DNA of 64,000 nt from Octopus sinensis (taxonomy: Eukaryota): positions 30,876,001-30,940,000 of the forward strand of contig NC_043009.1 in the NCBI RefSeq assembly GCF_006345805.1, written 5' to 3'. The first letter of the stretch is position 1, and each line of letters begins with the position of its first letter. The notes below the pieces were generated by a model. It searched no databases and had not been told where the DNA came from. It saw nothing but the letters and a program-made list of their open reading frames with translations. The position numbers and the translations under genes were made by a program. Shown here one piece after another: positions 13,638 to 28,200 of the stretch.

Positions 13638-13983
13638 TGACACTCCATCGGTTGAAACAACGAGGGTTCCAGTTGAGCTGATCAATGAAATTAACGTGCA
13701 AGTGGCTGAGCACTCCACAGACACATGTACTCTTAATGTAGGTCTAAGGGATAGTCAGCGTGACACAGAGTGTGACGAGGCTGGCTCTTTGAAATACAGG
13801 TACAACAGAAACAGGAAGAAAGAGTGAGAGAAAGTTGTGGTGAAAGAATGCAGCAGGGTTCGCCACCACCCCCTGCCGGAGCCAGGTGTTTTCACTCAAT
13901 AAACACTCCCGACGCCCAATCTGGAGATCGAAACCATAATCCTACGACGGCGAGTCTGCTGCTCTAACCACTGGGCCATTGCA
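13638..13983 (-). mobile_element. tRNA-derived SINE family B
   Basis: A box tggcccagtgg, B box ggtttcgatctcc, tail gtggagtgctcagccacttgcacgttaatttc. Confidence 0.85.
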
Positions 13984-14214
13984 GCTCCACATATGATGAA
14001 TATTTAGAGACTAAAATAATAATTCTGTAACACCGAGTTCTGTGGTTGAGAAACTTGCTTCACAACAACTTGTTTCAGGAGTCGGATCGCATTATCAGCA
14101 CCTAACTCAAGCGATACCTTTCAACTATAATACCAGGCTAACCAATATTTTGTGAGTAGATTTTGAATTTGGTGGGTTTGGTAGACTGAAACTACCCAAA
14201 AGTCTACTGTGTAT

Positions 14215-14360
14215 ATATAAGAAACTTGCTTCCCAACCACATAATTCCGGGTTCAGTCCCACAGCGTGGTACCTTCGACAAGTGTCTTCTACTAAAGCCT
14301 CGGGCCGACCAAAGCCTTATGAGTGGATTTGGTAGATGGAAACTGAAAGAAGCCCATCAT
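14215..14360 (+). mobile_element. SINE family A, 5' half
   Basis: ccgggttcagtccc...gtgagtggatttggtaga-type sequence. Confidence 0.8.
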
Positions 14361-14374
14361 ATATATATATGCGT

Positions 14375-14757
14375 GTGCCAAATTACAAGTTAAGTTTTGT
14401 ACCTGTAATTATTGGGACACTGGGATATTTAACATGCTGTTTAGATACCAATTTTGAGAAATTAGGATTTTCAAAACTAGAAAGGAGAAAGCTGATTCAA
14501 AGACTATAAACTCAAGCCGTCACTGGAACTCTAAAAATCTGTAAAATTTTCGAGAGGTTTATCATTTAAATATATATGAGTGTGTCTAGATATGCAGCTA
14601 TATGCATGAGAATACATACATAAAACAAAACATACAAATCTGCACATACACATACATGCAAAAATGCACTGTTGATGTTGTTGAAATTGCCTTGGATCTA
14701 GGTTAGAAACCGGCCCCTTCTCTATTGACAAGAAACCTTGAAATAAAAATTGAATGG
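14375..14757 (+). mobile_element. R4/Dong-like LINE 3' fragment
   Basis: FVPVIIGTLG...GTLKICKIF, then a 3' UTR directly followed by (CATA)n. Confidence 0.7.
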
Positions 14758-14884
14758 CATACATACACACACACACGCATGCACATACATACATACACAC
14801 ACACATACATACATACATACATACATACATACATACATACATACATACATACATACATACATACATACATACATACATACATAC
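14758..14884. repeat. (CATA)n microsatellite
   Basis: Direct inspection. Confidence 0.95.
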
Positions 14885-16805
14885 AAAATACCCACCACCC
14901 TAATTGTTGCTATAGAGAGAGACTCACAAAGACATGGACAACTGTTCTCACACTTCCAGCTGAGAACAGAATAATTGTTTCAGATAGTATAGACATCTCA
15001 AAGGGAATATTCCAGGGAGATAGTCTTTCAGTACTTCTTTTCATTTTGGCACTGAATCCATCCATTATCGTTCCTACTGCAGAAAATAAATGGTTACATG
15101 CTCAGATCTTCAACTGCTAGAAATATCAATGTAACTCATAATTTCTTTGTAGACGACCTCAAGATTTATGCTAAAAGTGTAAACAATGCCAAAATACAAC
15201 TGAAATTAATAACAACCTTTTCAGCTGATACAGGCATGAAATTTTACCAAAAGAAATGTTCATATTTGGTTATAGAATGAGGAAAGTCAGTCTCCCAAAC
15301 CCAAAACCTGTGCATCAACGATCTCTCTATCTCCCCCTTTCCAAACAAAGAATGTGACACGTACCTAGGCATAGACGAAAATGTATCATATGAAGGCATT
15401 GGGAATAAAGATAGAGTGACCCAAAAATATTACACCAAACTTAGGAAAATATGGCAGTCGGAACTCTCCATGTGCAACAAAACAATAACCCACAATGCAT
15501 TTGCGGTACCAGTGCTGATCCCAACATTTGGGATACTTATTTGATCTGTAGAGGAAAACCACTCCATAGATATCAAAACCCGCAAAATCCTGACAACAAC
15601 TGGGAACTTTCACAGAAACAATGATGTTGACAGGCTCTACCTAAGAAGAAATGAACGTGGTAGAGGCCTGAAATCAAAGCAGATGGCCTTCGAATGCCGT
15701 ATGATATCACTCAGGTAGTACTAGCTAAACAACAGCAGCAAAAATAAATATATAAATACAGTGCTGAAAAGTGAAATGAGCAACATTGTATGAGTTGGCA
15801 ATGAGCTCCTTAAAAAGCATTTCTCCCTGATGATCTATACAGCCCCAAAACAGCTGGGCTATCTTACCTCAGAGAAGACCTGGATGGCAAGCATTCAGCA
15901 CAGAAAACAAAAAAAGACCATGTATTGGTAGGTTGCCCGGAAACTTGAAGACAGTTGAATAGACATGAGGCACAGCCTCTCTTGGAAATAAGACCACTAC
16001 ATCACATCGCCCTTTGAAGGCTGTGTGTTTGCAATCCAGGAATAGGAGATTGCCACAAAGTATCTAGTGAACAAGAGAGACAGTGATGCTCTTGTAATCC
16101 CAAGGTGCAACTGCATGTGTAGGCTATTCATGTTTCTGTGGAAGATATCACCCAAGTGATTAGCAGCTGTCTTAAAATGTCGTCACGGCGCTACCTCCCT
16201 ATGCAGCACGATGTTGTTGCTAAAACAATTAATAATGCCATCCATAAGAAAGACTGTCCTGAAATAAACTTAGAAAATCCGTCATGGAATACTTTCATAA
16301 ACACCAACTCAAGGAATACTGGTGGAATATTCCCATCAAAACTTCTGTTAAATGTGAGCATAACAGGCTGGATATTGTTGTTTGTGACAGAGAGGCAAAG
16401 GTATGTACCATCATAGTGGTTAGCTGCCCTGCAGATATGAATATCTCATTGAAAATCAAAGGAAACGAATATCTCTATGGACTACTGCTACAAGACCTCC
16501 AGCTTCGATATCCAGACTATGAATTCATATTCATAGTCCAATAATAATTGGAGCACTAGGTTTTGTTAGAAAATGCTTAAAGGAGGATCTGGATAAACTG
16601 GGATTTTCAGAAAGAGAAATTGACCGGCTGATTCGTACATCACAAGTGCAATGTGTGAGTGGAACAGTAAAAATATGCAAGACTTTTCTCAAGTTCTAAA
16701 TGTGAATTTGTCTGTGTTAAGTACATCTCAAAGATGGAGCCTTGTACCTTTGTTGGAAACTAGCTCCCTCCTCAGTCAAAGATTTATAATTATTAAAAGA
16801 TAGAA
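14885..16805 (+). mobile_element. R4/Dong-like (restriction-like endonuclease) LINE, 5'-truncated and decayed
   Basis: GIFQGDSLSVLLF, FFVDDLKIY, YLG, degenerate CCHC (CRL...EDITQVISSC), QHD (RHD-like), NRLDIVVCD, IIGALG. Several stops and frameshifts. Confidence 0.9.
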
Positions 16806-17573
16806 GAGACACACATATATACACACTCACATAAATATATACATGCTTAGCGTTTTACTAATTGAAGTGCGGCCTAATACCTGCGTTGCAAGGGCCTTCT
16901 AGAGAGTGTGTGAAAAGAAATACCTGCTACTGGAATGTGTGAGTTTTATCGTCTTCTTTACAGTGAAAACTACCAATGATAGAAAAAGAATAAGGAAATG
17001 ATATAGTTGGAACTCAGAATGATATTTTCGCAAGTTGATATTGAACTAAAAGAAGTGTGAAGATAGTTTAGTCACCAGAACTGTCTCACACATTTGATGA
17101 TGGCAATGACGTGGTTGGTGTTTGTAGAACTGGTGGTTGTAAGGGTGATAATAGTGCTAATAGTAATGGTAGACGGATGGTTATAATGACGGTAGGGTGT
17201 AATGATATTGGTGATAATGGTGGGTGAGGTAACAGGGTTACAATCTTGCTGATAGTGATGACATTAATGATGATTATGTCAGCGGTGAGGTGCTGGTGGT
17301 GTTGGCGGTAGTGGTGGCAGGAAAAATAATTGTGATGTTGAAATTTGAGTATTTAAAGATGAATGGAAATGTATTAACAGTGAGTGTTTTGGACAGCAAT
17401 CCTTCAAGCAAAATCTAGTCTATATGTGTACATACATACATGTGTATGTATGTATGTGCATATATATATATATATATATGCATGTATATATATATTTGTC
17501 TCTATGTATGTGTATATTTGTATGTATTTATTGTATTTATGCATGCATGTACGTGTATATATTTATATATATT

Positions 17574-17604
<31 letters not shown>

Positions 17605-17654
17605 TCATATACATATATATATATATAAACACATATAAATATATTGCACACACA

Positions 17655-17725
<71 letters not shown>

Positions 17726-18287
17726 AGGGAGATAATGGAAGAGAGAGAGAGAGAACATTTTAATGGAAACAATTCTTTCAAATTATCAAAACCAGTTTCG
17801 TCTTTTATCCCTTTCCTAAAATTTACTTCATATCCCCCGAGAATGTTCTCTTTAGTAAACTACTGGTATTAATCTTTTTTTTACTCCTTTGTATATTCAG
17901 GTAAATCAATCTAATTGCAAATTTGTACAGATGTTGTGATGAAGTGAAAAACAATATTTTTTTTTTCAAAAATAAGCAACAATGGCTTTAAAAATAGATA
18001 GAATTCTGTAATTTGTTAGAATTGTAGCTGTCTGTCACAAATAATAGCGTTTGAGAAGTTTAGAGAACAGATTAGACAAACGCTGAGGTGATGTTTTTGT
18101 GTCTAGATTTAATAAAAGACACATTATATTGATAACTATTACACGTTCAAGTACACTTGAATATTGTATCTCACTTGAATATAGTATTCTCTGATAATGG
18201 AAAGAAACATTAAAGTATCTAAACGAACATTGATAAAGTAATAGATTATCGGCCTAAGATTTAAGGATAATTTTAAGGACATTAAGG

Positions 18288-18605
18288 AGCACTGCGTCGG
18301 TTATGACAACAAGGGTCCCAGCTGATACAATCAACAGCTTGCTTGTGAAATTAATATGCAAGTGGCTGGGTAATCCACAGACATGTGCACCCCTAACGTA
18401 GGTCTCAGTGAGATTCAGCATGACACAGAGTGTGACAAGACTGGACCTTTGAAATACATGTACAACTCATGTTTGCCAGCTGAGTGGACTGGATCAACAT
18501 GAAATAAAGTGTCCTGTTCAAGGACACAATGCGTCACTGGGAACTGAACTCATGAACTTACAATCGTGAGTCGACTGCCCTAACCACTAAGCCACGTGCC
18601 TTCAC
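18288..18605 (-). mobile_element. tRNA-derived SINE, family B tail with alternative head
   Basis: A box tggcttagtgg, tgtgtccttgaacaggacactttatttc, and a tail shared with 13638-13983. Confidence 0.85.
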
Positions 18606-19386
18606 TTTAAGGACATTAATCCCTAATGAAAGATTATTTGTGTTGCTTGTCACTAGGACTTAAGGAGGGTAATCTGATTAAGCAGAACATTTGTATTGTG
18701 ATTAAGAATCCTTGATAAGTCTGGAGTAGCGTGTCTACAGTTCAGTGCCTTGTATTTGGCAGACAATTTAAAAACCGTAGATTTAGTTGGGTAAAAACGA
18801 TTCTGCCAGTGGAAAAAACAACTAAGACATAATGTACATCTTATTTAGAACATTCCAGAAATCAAAGTTAACAATATAGGATCAGAAATATAAGCTTTGT
18901 GATAATATTTTATTGTTTACTCGGGAGGGAAACCATGGCCCATGACCCATTACAGGGCCACAAATACTGGTGGGAGGAAGGTATTCTCAAACTGAAAGCT
19001 CGTCTCCAATGCTTGTAACAAAGAAGACTCTGTTAAAGATACTCAGGGCAAAAGGTGGTAGTAGTCAACCAGGAGGTGGTGATCTAAGCCTACCTCTCAT
19101 GTTGGCCAAAGATCCCAATCAAGTACCATGCAGTATCAGGTTCAGTATTTTTACAGTTCTGTCATTCCAATGTTTTGGATTGTTGCTTTTTTATCGAACC
19201 CCGAAAAGTTGACCTTGGCAAGATTGAATCTTTTCAAAATTCATAACTTTATAAGCTTAAATAAAATACTTAAAAAAATTGAATATAAATACATATTCAA
19301 CACAGCTTACTTCAAAGAAGAGGATGTTTCTCAGAACAGCTGTTGTGCAGATAACGTCTATTGTGGCAGAAACATGTACTCGCAGC

Positions 19387-19671
19387 CAGTGGCGGACTGG
19401 CTAGGTTGCCAGCTTGCCCGATGGCAAGTGGGCCCCTGTGCCATTAGAATCCACGTTAATATACAATGAGCCCATTCCCTCAAGTTTGAGAATACTTTAT
19501 TCACTCCTGGAAGAATGCATTAATCATTTCAGCCTGGCTGTGCTTGTAGACAGTTGGAAAGATTACTTTTAACGAAACAAAAAAAGTAAAAAATTAAATG
19601 ATAGCATTGTAGTTGCGGCTGGGCCCCTTAATCTCCTGGCAACCAATATTGTTAGATCCAGTCTGCCACTT
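19387..19671. mobile_element. hAT-like MITE
   Basis: TIRs cagtggcggactgg / ccagtctgccactt with subterminal gggcccc motifs. TSD decayed. Confidence 0.6.
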
Positions 19672-20118
19672 CTCAGATATTTCCTTGTCTCCAAGAATAA
19701 CAAGCTGTTTTTATCTTTAGCAGCGAATCAATTTTGGAGAGTTGTTTATTTTTGAGATTAACCTTCCCTTCACATTCAGAGTTCGCTGTACTTTCAACTA
19801 GACAGCGGTTTATCTTCTCCTGGGGTGATGATAATTTAAATAAATCAAGAATTAATTTTATTTATCATTTAAAATACCTTCATTCACCTTTGTTGCCCCA
19901 ATTCATGCCACTGACTATGACGTTATCTCTCTTTGCTCATCGTTTGGAGGATAATGTAATCGACTTCATTTTATCGACCCCAAAAAGAAGAAAGCCAAAG
20001 TTCACATCAACTGGAATTGAGTATGGCGCGTAAAATGCCAGAAGAACCTCTAAGCATTTAGTCTGACGAGCTAATGATTCTGCCCACTTGCCTTGTTATT
20101 GTTGTAGTTGTCATTATT

Positions 20119-20119
20119 C

Positions 20120-20212
<93 letters not shown>

Positions 20213-20232
20213 TAATAATAATATAATAATAA
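20119..20232. repeat. (AAC)n(AAT)n microsatellite flanked by two decayed minus-strand SINE C copies (about 19945-20093 and 20240-20445)
   Basis: Direct inspection. Confidence 0.85.
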
Positions 20233-23200
20233 TAGCTGTTTGTAAAATAAGCAAAAGGTCCAGAACTTGTTCGTGAGGGATTAACCAACGAAATCTGTCG
20301 ATTACATGACTGGTACTTTATTTTATTGAGCACAGTGATATGCAAAGAAAAGCTGACCTTGGTGGGGTTTTAAATCAGAGCAAAGAGTCCATAACTATTT
20401 ACCACAATATATTTCTGTTCGTCGTTCTTGCGATTTTGCTCACCACTATCACATAATAACAATAACCTTCACCAAATTCTTTAACAATATCCAATCTACA
20501 TTACTGGATATAATACATCATAAATTCTAAACAGATTTTCTATAGAATTTTAGAGCCAGCACTGAAAGTTATGACGTTTCATATGTGAATACGTCTTTGT
20601 AAACAATGGAATCAAAGATAGAAAAGTGGATAATGGGAGTAAATGCATATTTCAGGAACTCTTGGTCCTTCCTCGGCACCACATTCAACCCATAGCCATC
20701 CACAAATACACTGCTCAAACAGCCACTGAATTTAATGGTGTGACACTATAGGACAGACCAGTTTACATATCAAACACATGGATAGTATACAGTGATTGTA
20801 AAACGAAAATATGATTCTCTCCCAGCAATTGAATCCTGAGAATATTGTGTAACCCTAGAGTAAACCTCGGCTAAACAGCATCAATAAGATCCATTAATGA
20901 AGAAATTTAGTAATGATTCTCCCATTATTGATATAAAGAATCCCAAACATCAACCTCCTCTCATATTTCTTGGGGGGAGAACATCTTGCACTTATTTAAC
21001 TCATTACAATATGTTTTGAAAGGGATTTCGTTGCTATTTCTAGCTAATCAAGTGACTTCAAAGTGGCCAATCAATATGGGCTGGTTGGATGTACAAGAAT
21101 CAGCAACGAAATCTCTTTCAAATTATATCTTATCGTCTTAGAAAAGGAGATATTAGATGATGTAGTACAAGTTTGTTGTACATAGGTAAAGGCTGGATGG
21201 TCATAACTGGAATGCTTTGTTATAATCTGCTTGATCAGAACTGACCCACAGTTAAACAAGTGCAACGCTTATGAATTATTCTGGTTGTTAGGCCTTTCCT
21301 CCACCCTGATGACTTTTGAAAGAGCACTGATAAAAGAGTAGCTTAAAGTGTTGATGTGTGAATGTAATACTCACACAGGTTCCACAGAGAATAATCACAT
21401 ACAAAAGTGAAGCACAGTGGTTGGGTGTATATAAATTATTGAGTGGAACGGTAAGTCTGCAATCATGCCAATATGTTGCGAAAAGCAGAGGCTATTATAA
21501 TAATGGTATTCAAAACAAATAGACCATTTGTTGTTATAATAATTTTTCTAATATAGATAACATCCTTGATATTGATTTTCGGGCGATAACGTTACTGAGG
21601 CCTAAATTAAAGTCTGGTTAAAAATTACAGCTTTCTTTGTGCTGTGTCATGGCAAGTCTAGTATCTAACAGTGTGGACGTAAACAAATTGCAATTCTATG
21701 TCCTGCAAACATATAATAATGCTTTTATCATTTTCAAATTAAACAATCTGGCTCCTAATATACATAATAATTTTACAATAAATGATTAAGAATTAGATAT
21801 AAAATCACGATAATATCTTAAAACTTTAATGAAATGTGATGACTCATTTGTAAACTGCTGGCTAGAAAATTATTGTAGTGTATAGTTGGAGTTACAAAAA
21901 GGTTAATTTAGTTTTTCATTCTTAAAGGGAAAGAGTCAAAACAAATGAGAACTACATGTCAAGTCCATCACAAACTGAGATGGTTTCCTATTCAAAATAA
22001 AGCAATTTTAAATTATTGAACTGAATACCTTCAAAGATTGACCTGCAACTAGACAGTAATAGTATTTATCACAAAATGGCAAAGAGTTCATAACTCTTTT
22101 TCTGTATATAAAAATCTGTATCAACTGATCGTTTAAGCTAAGTTTGCTTGTACTATGCTGGTGAGGTCTAATAGACTAAATCATGTTAGTAGTTGTCCTC
22201 CTTTGCCTGCAAACTGAATGTAAAATAAATTTGATAGATTAATTACAAATTTCTTGAAATTATTTCTCCTTCCTTTTTCGAGTCACTAACACTTGCCAGA
22301 AGGTGTTTGCGTTTGTTCTCATAATCAGAGGGAGACTTCGATTTATTAGAAAAAAAGCATCTAACGAATGGAATATATCACTCTGTAATTTCCTTAACCA
22401 TGTCCATATTTAAAATTTCTCTTTCTATATTTTATCAGTAAATATTTCTCACATCTAGTTTTGCTCAAATTCAAGCAACTCCATTAAACATCTATCACAC
22501 TCAGGTTCCCTTTAATTTGTCAAACCAATTAATTTTTTAAAATATATCGTGATCCCTTTTAACACAGTAATTTTAAGACATTTCAAACGGATTATAAGTG
22601 TATTATTTTCTAATTAATTTGCTTTTAGGTGATAATTGCTATATCTAATGAAACTTTATTTATTGAAACCTTAACTAATTAAACTTCATCTAATGGGGCT
22701 TTCGCTAATAAGAACTTATTTAATGAAACTCAAGAATGCGGGTAAGATTCTTATTAATGATATCAGTTGAAAACCTTTATAATAATAATAATGAAAATTT
22801 GTATATGACATTAACTTATTCCTTCATTAAGATTATTTCTTCCTCATTGCTCATTGTTCATAACATGTCTACCGATACCACAGGCAGTCATTATGCACAC
22901 AAGCCAGAAATGGATTGTTACATTGTAACTCAATTTTGTGTAAGAGATTTTGTAAAAAGTCTAAAAGTAACATTTAATGGTATCACACAACTTATCGTTC
23001 TATCATTGTTGTTTGATCCCAGGAAACGATATTCCAGTTATGTACACCTCGACTTTTCAAGAGTATCTAACTCTACATTATCTCGTGTAAATCACTTCCC
23101 CATTCCTTCGTTCATTTATTGTTGTTGTTGCTATTGTCATTACACTATTGAAGAACAAACAGTCGCAAATAAACAATTATTCACAAACCATTTCTATTTT

Positions 23201-24381
23201 CCTCACTTCCGCGTACCACTTATATAATTGCTTGGTCTTTTTATGTTTTCGTATGCTCATGCTATACTTTGTTAATATTGCTTGTAGCAGTTACCTTCTT
23301 GGCTTGTTCTTCAAGATATCACTTTCAGTATATGCTATAGATTTCAAACTCAGATTTCCCTACCACCTTCATTCCTTCCTGTTTATATTTTCATTGTTAC
23401 TTTATTAACATCACATTTCACTTCATTTTATTAGCTCTCTTATTCGCATCTTATATTCTCTGTTTTATGAATATTTGTTCTTTTTGCAGCTTTTATTAGC
23501 ACTCCATCCCATTTCATTTAAACCCATTATAATAATTTTAATTGTCATCTTTTATTTTCTATATTATATAGAGATTTGTTGTATTCATACCCCGCAAGAA
23601 TTTTCCTTAGCCATTTGTCTAGATGTGAATTATATGTATGTGTACATATATGTATATGAATATATGTGCATATACGTTTGCTTGTATAAGCATATCCATG
23701 CAAGCACATACACATCTAGATATATATATATGTAAACAGATAAATACATAGATAGACAGATAGATAGATAGATAGATAGATAGATACATACATACATACA
23801 TACATACATACATACATACATACATACATACATACATACATAGACAAGCAGAAAAGTATACATATATAATTTTCATACCTTAGCTAGATTTGTAAATATC
23901 TATAAATGTACAGTTTGTGATGCAATACATTGCTTTAGAAAACATTATCAGAATCAAGCATTCGTCCTTAATTTATATTATTATAAAGCATAAGAATACA
24001 TTTATGTAAACCTGTTTATGTAAATAAAAACTAAACGTAAGCATTATTAGATATTTTAAAATAACTGAACAACTCAAATTTAATGATATTAAATTATATA
24101 ATGCATATTTATTCAATTACAGAAAGATGTGTAGCAATTTATATAGACGTGTACTCAAGTGACATCCATTAACAATGTTTTAAATGTGCATGCAGAATAC
24201 ATGTGCAAGTGCACACGCATTCATATGTATATATGTACGCGAGTGTATTTATGTATCCATAAATATATATGTTTATATGCATTTATAAAAATATTTACAC
24301 ACACACACACATATATGCATTATATATATTTTTGCATATAGATGCACATAAATTTATATGAATACATATATATGAACATAT

Positions 24382-24432
<51 letters not shown>

Positions 24433-25723
24433 GTATGTATATATATGCGTATATATATTGGGGCTTTTTATAGTTGAATATGTATTATTTTGTTTTATGC
24501 ATTTATTTACACACACACACACACATGCGTGTATTAGATTACATTACAGTATATGGTATTACACACATACATGCACACATGTATATAGCTATATGTGCGC
24601 ACACGTGTGTGGGTGCAAAGTGGTATTTTCAAATTATTAACCTTTTTCTGATTATTATACACTTATTGCATCAATTGTAATCAAACTATTTCTAACAGAA
24701 TTTTTCCTTTTTACTCAGGAGATCTATATGGCAACTTCTGTTCTCCTTCTCTTCCACTTCAAAAGCATATAGCACTCGTTTTATTTTTACTATTGTTTAA
24801 ATACTTTTGCATTTGTTTTTTTTTTTTATCTCTCCAAATCAAAGACAAGATGCAATATTTCTAAAAGTTATCGTATTGTGGTAAAGTGTAATATTATTGG
24901 GATACCTTCACAAATATTACACTGGTCAGGTTTGCAGGGAATGTTCGCAATACGAGCTTGCCTTTCGTTCAATAAATTCTACAGTATTTATTTTATATCT
25001 TTATTTATTTATTTATTTATTTTTTGTTTATTCATTCTTCTACTATTGCTGAAAAACAAAATTTGAATGAATAAGGAAAAAAAGAGAAAGAAATTGTGAA
25101 TGATAAATAGATAAAATATAATATATGAATAGGAAACGAAGAGCTTCATAACATGCTACGCAATATAACTTATCTTCGTTGCTGTTAGCAACTACTCATT
25201 TTCTTTCAGTAGAGACCTAGATTGCTCCACCTATAAATAATCCCAGACTTGGTACCAAACACAATGCCTTCCTGAATTTATAGACAGCAGAAGTAAGGAA
25301 CAACAATTTCTCAGTAAAACATTTCTTCAAAGATTGTCATAAATAAAGGCCAAGCTGTGTTATTATGGCGGTATTTTCACGATCTGCAGACACAGAACTA
25401 GAATCTTCTTTTGCAGTATTGGATATAACTCAGGAAACAATCCAATTGTTATAGTTGATAGAATGGGAAGTATATATATATATATACGCAGAATGACACA
25501 CGCCAACACAGATGCACACACAGACACACACGTATATATACACAAAGACGTGTATATGCAGGCCTAAGTATTTGTGATTGTTCACATAGATGTTTGTGTG
25601 TGCATATGTATACACATATATATGTATACATATATACATATGTATTTACATACATATTCACCTATTTACAAATAGATATCACATATATGTGTATATACAC
25701 ACACACACATATATATATCTGTA

Positions 25724-25761
<38 letters not shown>

Positions 25762-25771
25762 CATTTCTATT

Positions 25772-25806
<35 letters not shown>

Positions 25807-26442
25807 ATGTGCATATATATATATATATATGATGTAGTTTTTTTTCTTTTATAGCAATATTACGCTATTTTTTCTGACGCAGCACAATACATTTTCCCAC
25901 CCTCTACCCCTCTAACTGGCACCATTTTTCTTTGGAAGAACTAGAGACGTTCTAGAAGATACATGAACCAAAGCCATCCAATGTAAGCCAGTATTTTCTT
26001 CTATATTCTTGCTTATCTAGAATATGGGGTCTTGCTACAATATACAGAAACCCAGCATTGCATATTTTTATTTCCATCATAAATCCAATACTGGGAAAAC
26101 CAAAATTATATATTATTAGTTTTAGACATGAATCATGTTGGAATGGTCGGAAAATCATGTTGAATGAAGGCAGAAAGATAAATTTAGGGGTTTGTTGAAT
26201 AGATATAAATTACAGAGCGGAAAGGTGTATTTATTGTGAAGTACAAATATCGAGGAAAATAGATCAAAGCTATCGTATATCTTCACAAACTTCAATTGGG
26301 AAGGTTTCAACCTAGATCTCACATTCTCTTGTGCTGTTATGGTATTGCAATTAGGAGGGGTATCTAACATCATTAATATAAACCCATAATATGCCTGGGA
26401 TACTATGAGGTTATATATGAATGTGTATGCAAGTGCCCGCTG

Positions 26443-26499
<57 letters not shown>

Positions 26500-26778
26500 T
26501 ATATATACATATATATATACGTAAGTATATACATACACAAATGTATATACATATATATACCTGTACGTAAGTATATATGTGTGACAGTATGTATGCATCA
26601 TTATCACCACCTTATTTTCGCCTTGCTTTCATGGGTCAAACAGAATTTGTGCACTTAGATTTTCTACAGCTGGATGCCCTTCCTATTGCTAATACTCACT
26701 TCTTTCCAAGCAAGGTAATATTTCTCCATGGCCAGTCATACTTTTGATAGCAAAATAAAAACAAACAACATCACTGAT

Positions 26779-27400
<622 letters not shown>

Positions 27401-27427
27401 TATGTGCGTGTGTGTGTGTGTGTGTGC

Positions 27428-27461
<34 letters not shown>

Positions 27462-27547
27462 GAAACTTCCAGAAAAACAAAAGACAAAGACAGGTGTATA
27501 AACAAAAACCAGGTGTATTAGTTTAAAACGCGCGAAGGTGAGAAAGT

Positions 27548-27583
27548 CTTTTAAGTTTCAAGCCTACGCTCTTCAACAGAAAG
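27548..27583 (-). ncRNA. Hammerhead-like motif with CUGUUGA core, in a Penelope-like fragment (about 27458-27607)
   Basis: cttt-CTGTTGA-a-gagc-gtag-gctt-GAAAC-TTA-aaag. Confidence 0.5.
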
Positions 27584-27754
27584 GAACACAAGGAAATAAA
27601 CAGAGAATATATATATATATATATTCTGTTACAAGCAAGTGGGCAAGACTGTCGCCTGTCTTTAGATAACTTTCACTCTTTCTACAAATATTCACGGAGA
27701 CACTGAAAAAGATTTCAGGGTTTTCATTCCACTCTCCCTAGCTCTTAACAAAAG

Positions 27755-27922
27755 CCACAGGAGTGGCTGTGTGGTAAGAAGCATGCCTCCTAACCACATG
27801 GTTCTGGATTCAGTCCTACTGCATGTCACCTTGGGCAAGTGTATTCCACTATAGCCTCGGGTCAACTAAAGCCTTGTGAGTGGATTTGATAGATGGAAAC
27901 TGGAAGAAGCACATGGTGCATG

Positions 27923-27968
<46 letters not shown>

Positions 27969-28200
27969 TGTGTGAGTGTGTCTGTGCATGTGTGCATGTG
28001 TGTATATCTGTGTGTATATATTTGTACCCTATCACCACTTGACAACCAGCGTTGGTGTAACCTAGCAGTTCGACCAAACAGACCTATAGAATAAGTGCTA
28101 GGCTTAAAAATAATTCCTTGGGTCAATTTGTTTGACCAAAACCCTTCAAGGCTGTGCCCCAGCGTGGCTGCACTCAAACAACTGAAACAAGCAGAAGATA
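27755..28200 (+). mobile_element. SINE family A, full length
   Basis: Head, internal (TA)(GA)(TG) tract and tail all present. Confidence 0.85.

Noticed and set aside
16856-17420. Possible Helitron-like end (ggcccttgcaacgcagg...tagt on the minus strand)
   Set aside because: The hairpin is imperfect and there is no canonical CTRR end, so it is too weak to call.
22736-23227. 163-aa ORF in unique AT-rich DNA
   Set aside because: No recognisable motif, splice signals or coding-like composition.
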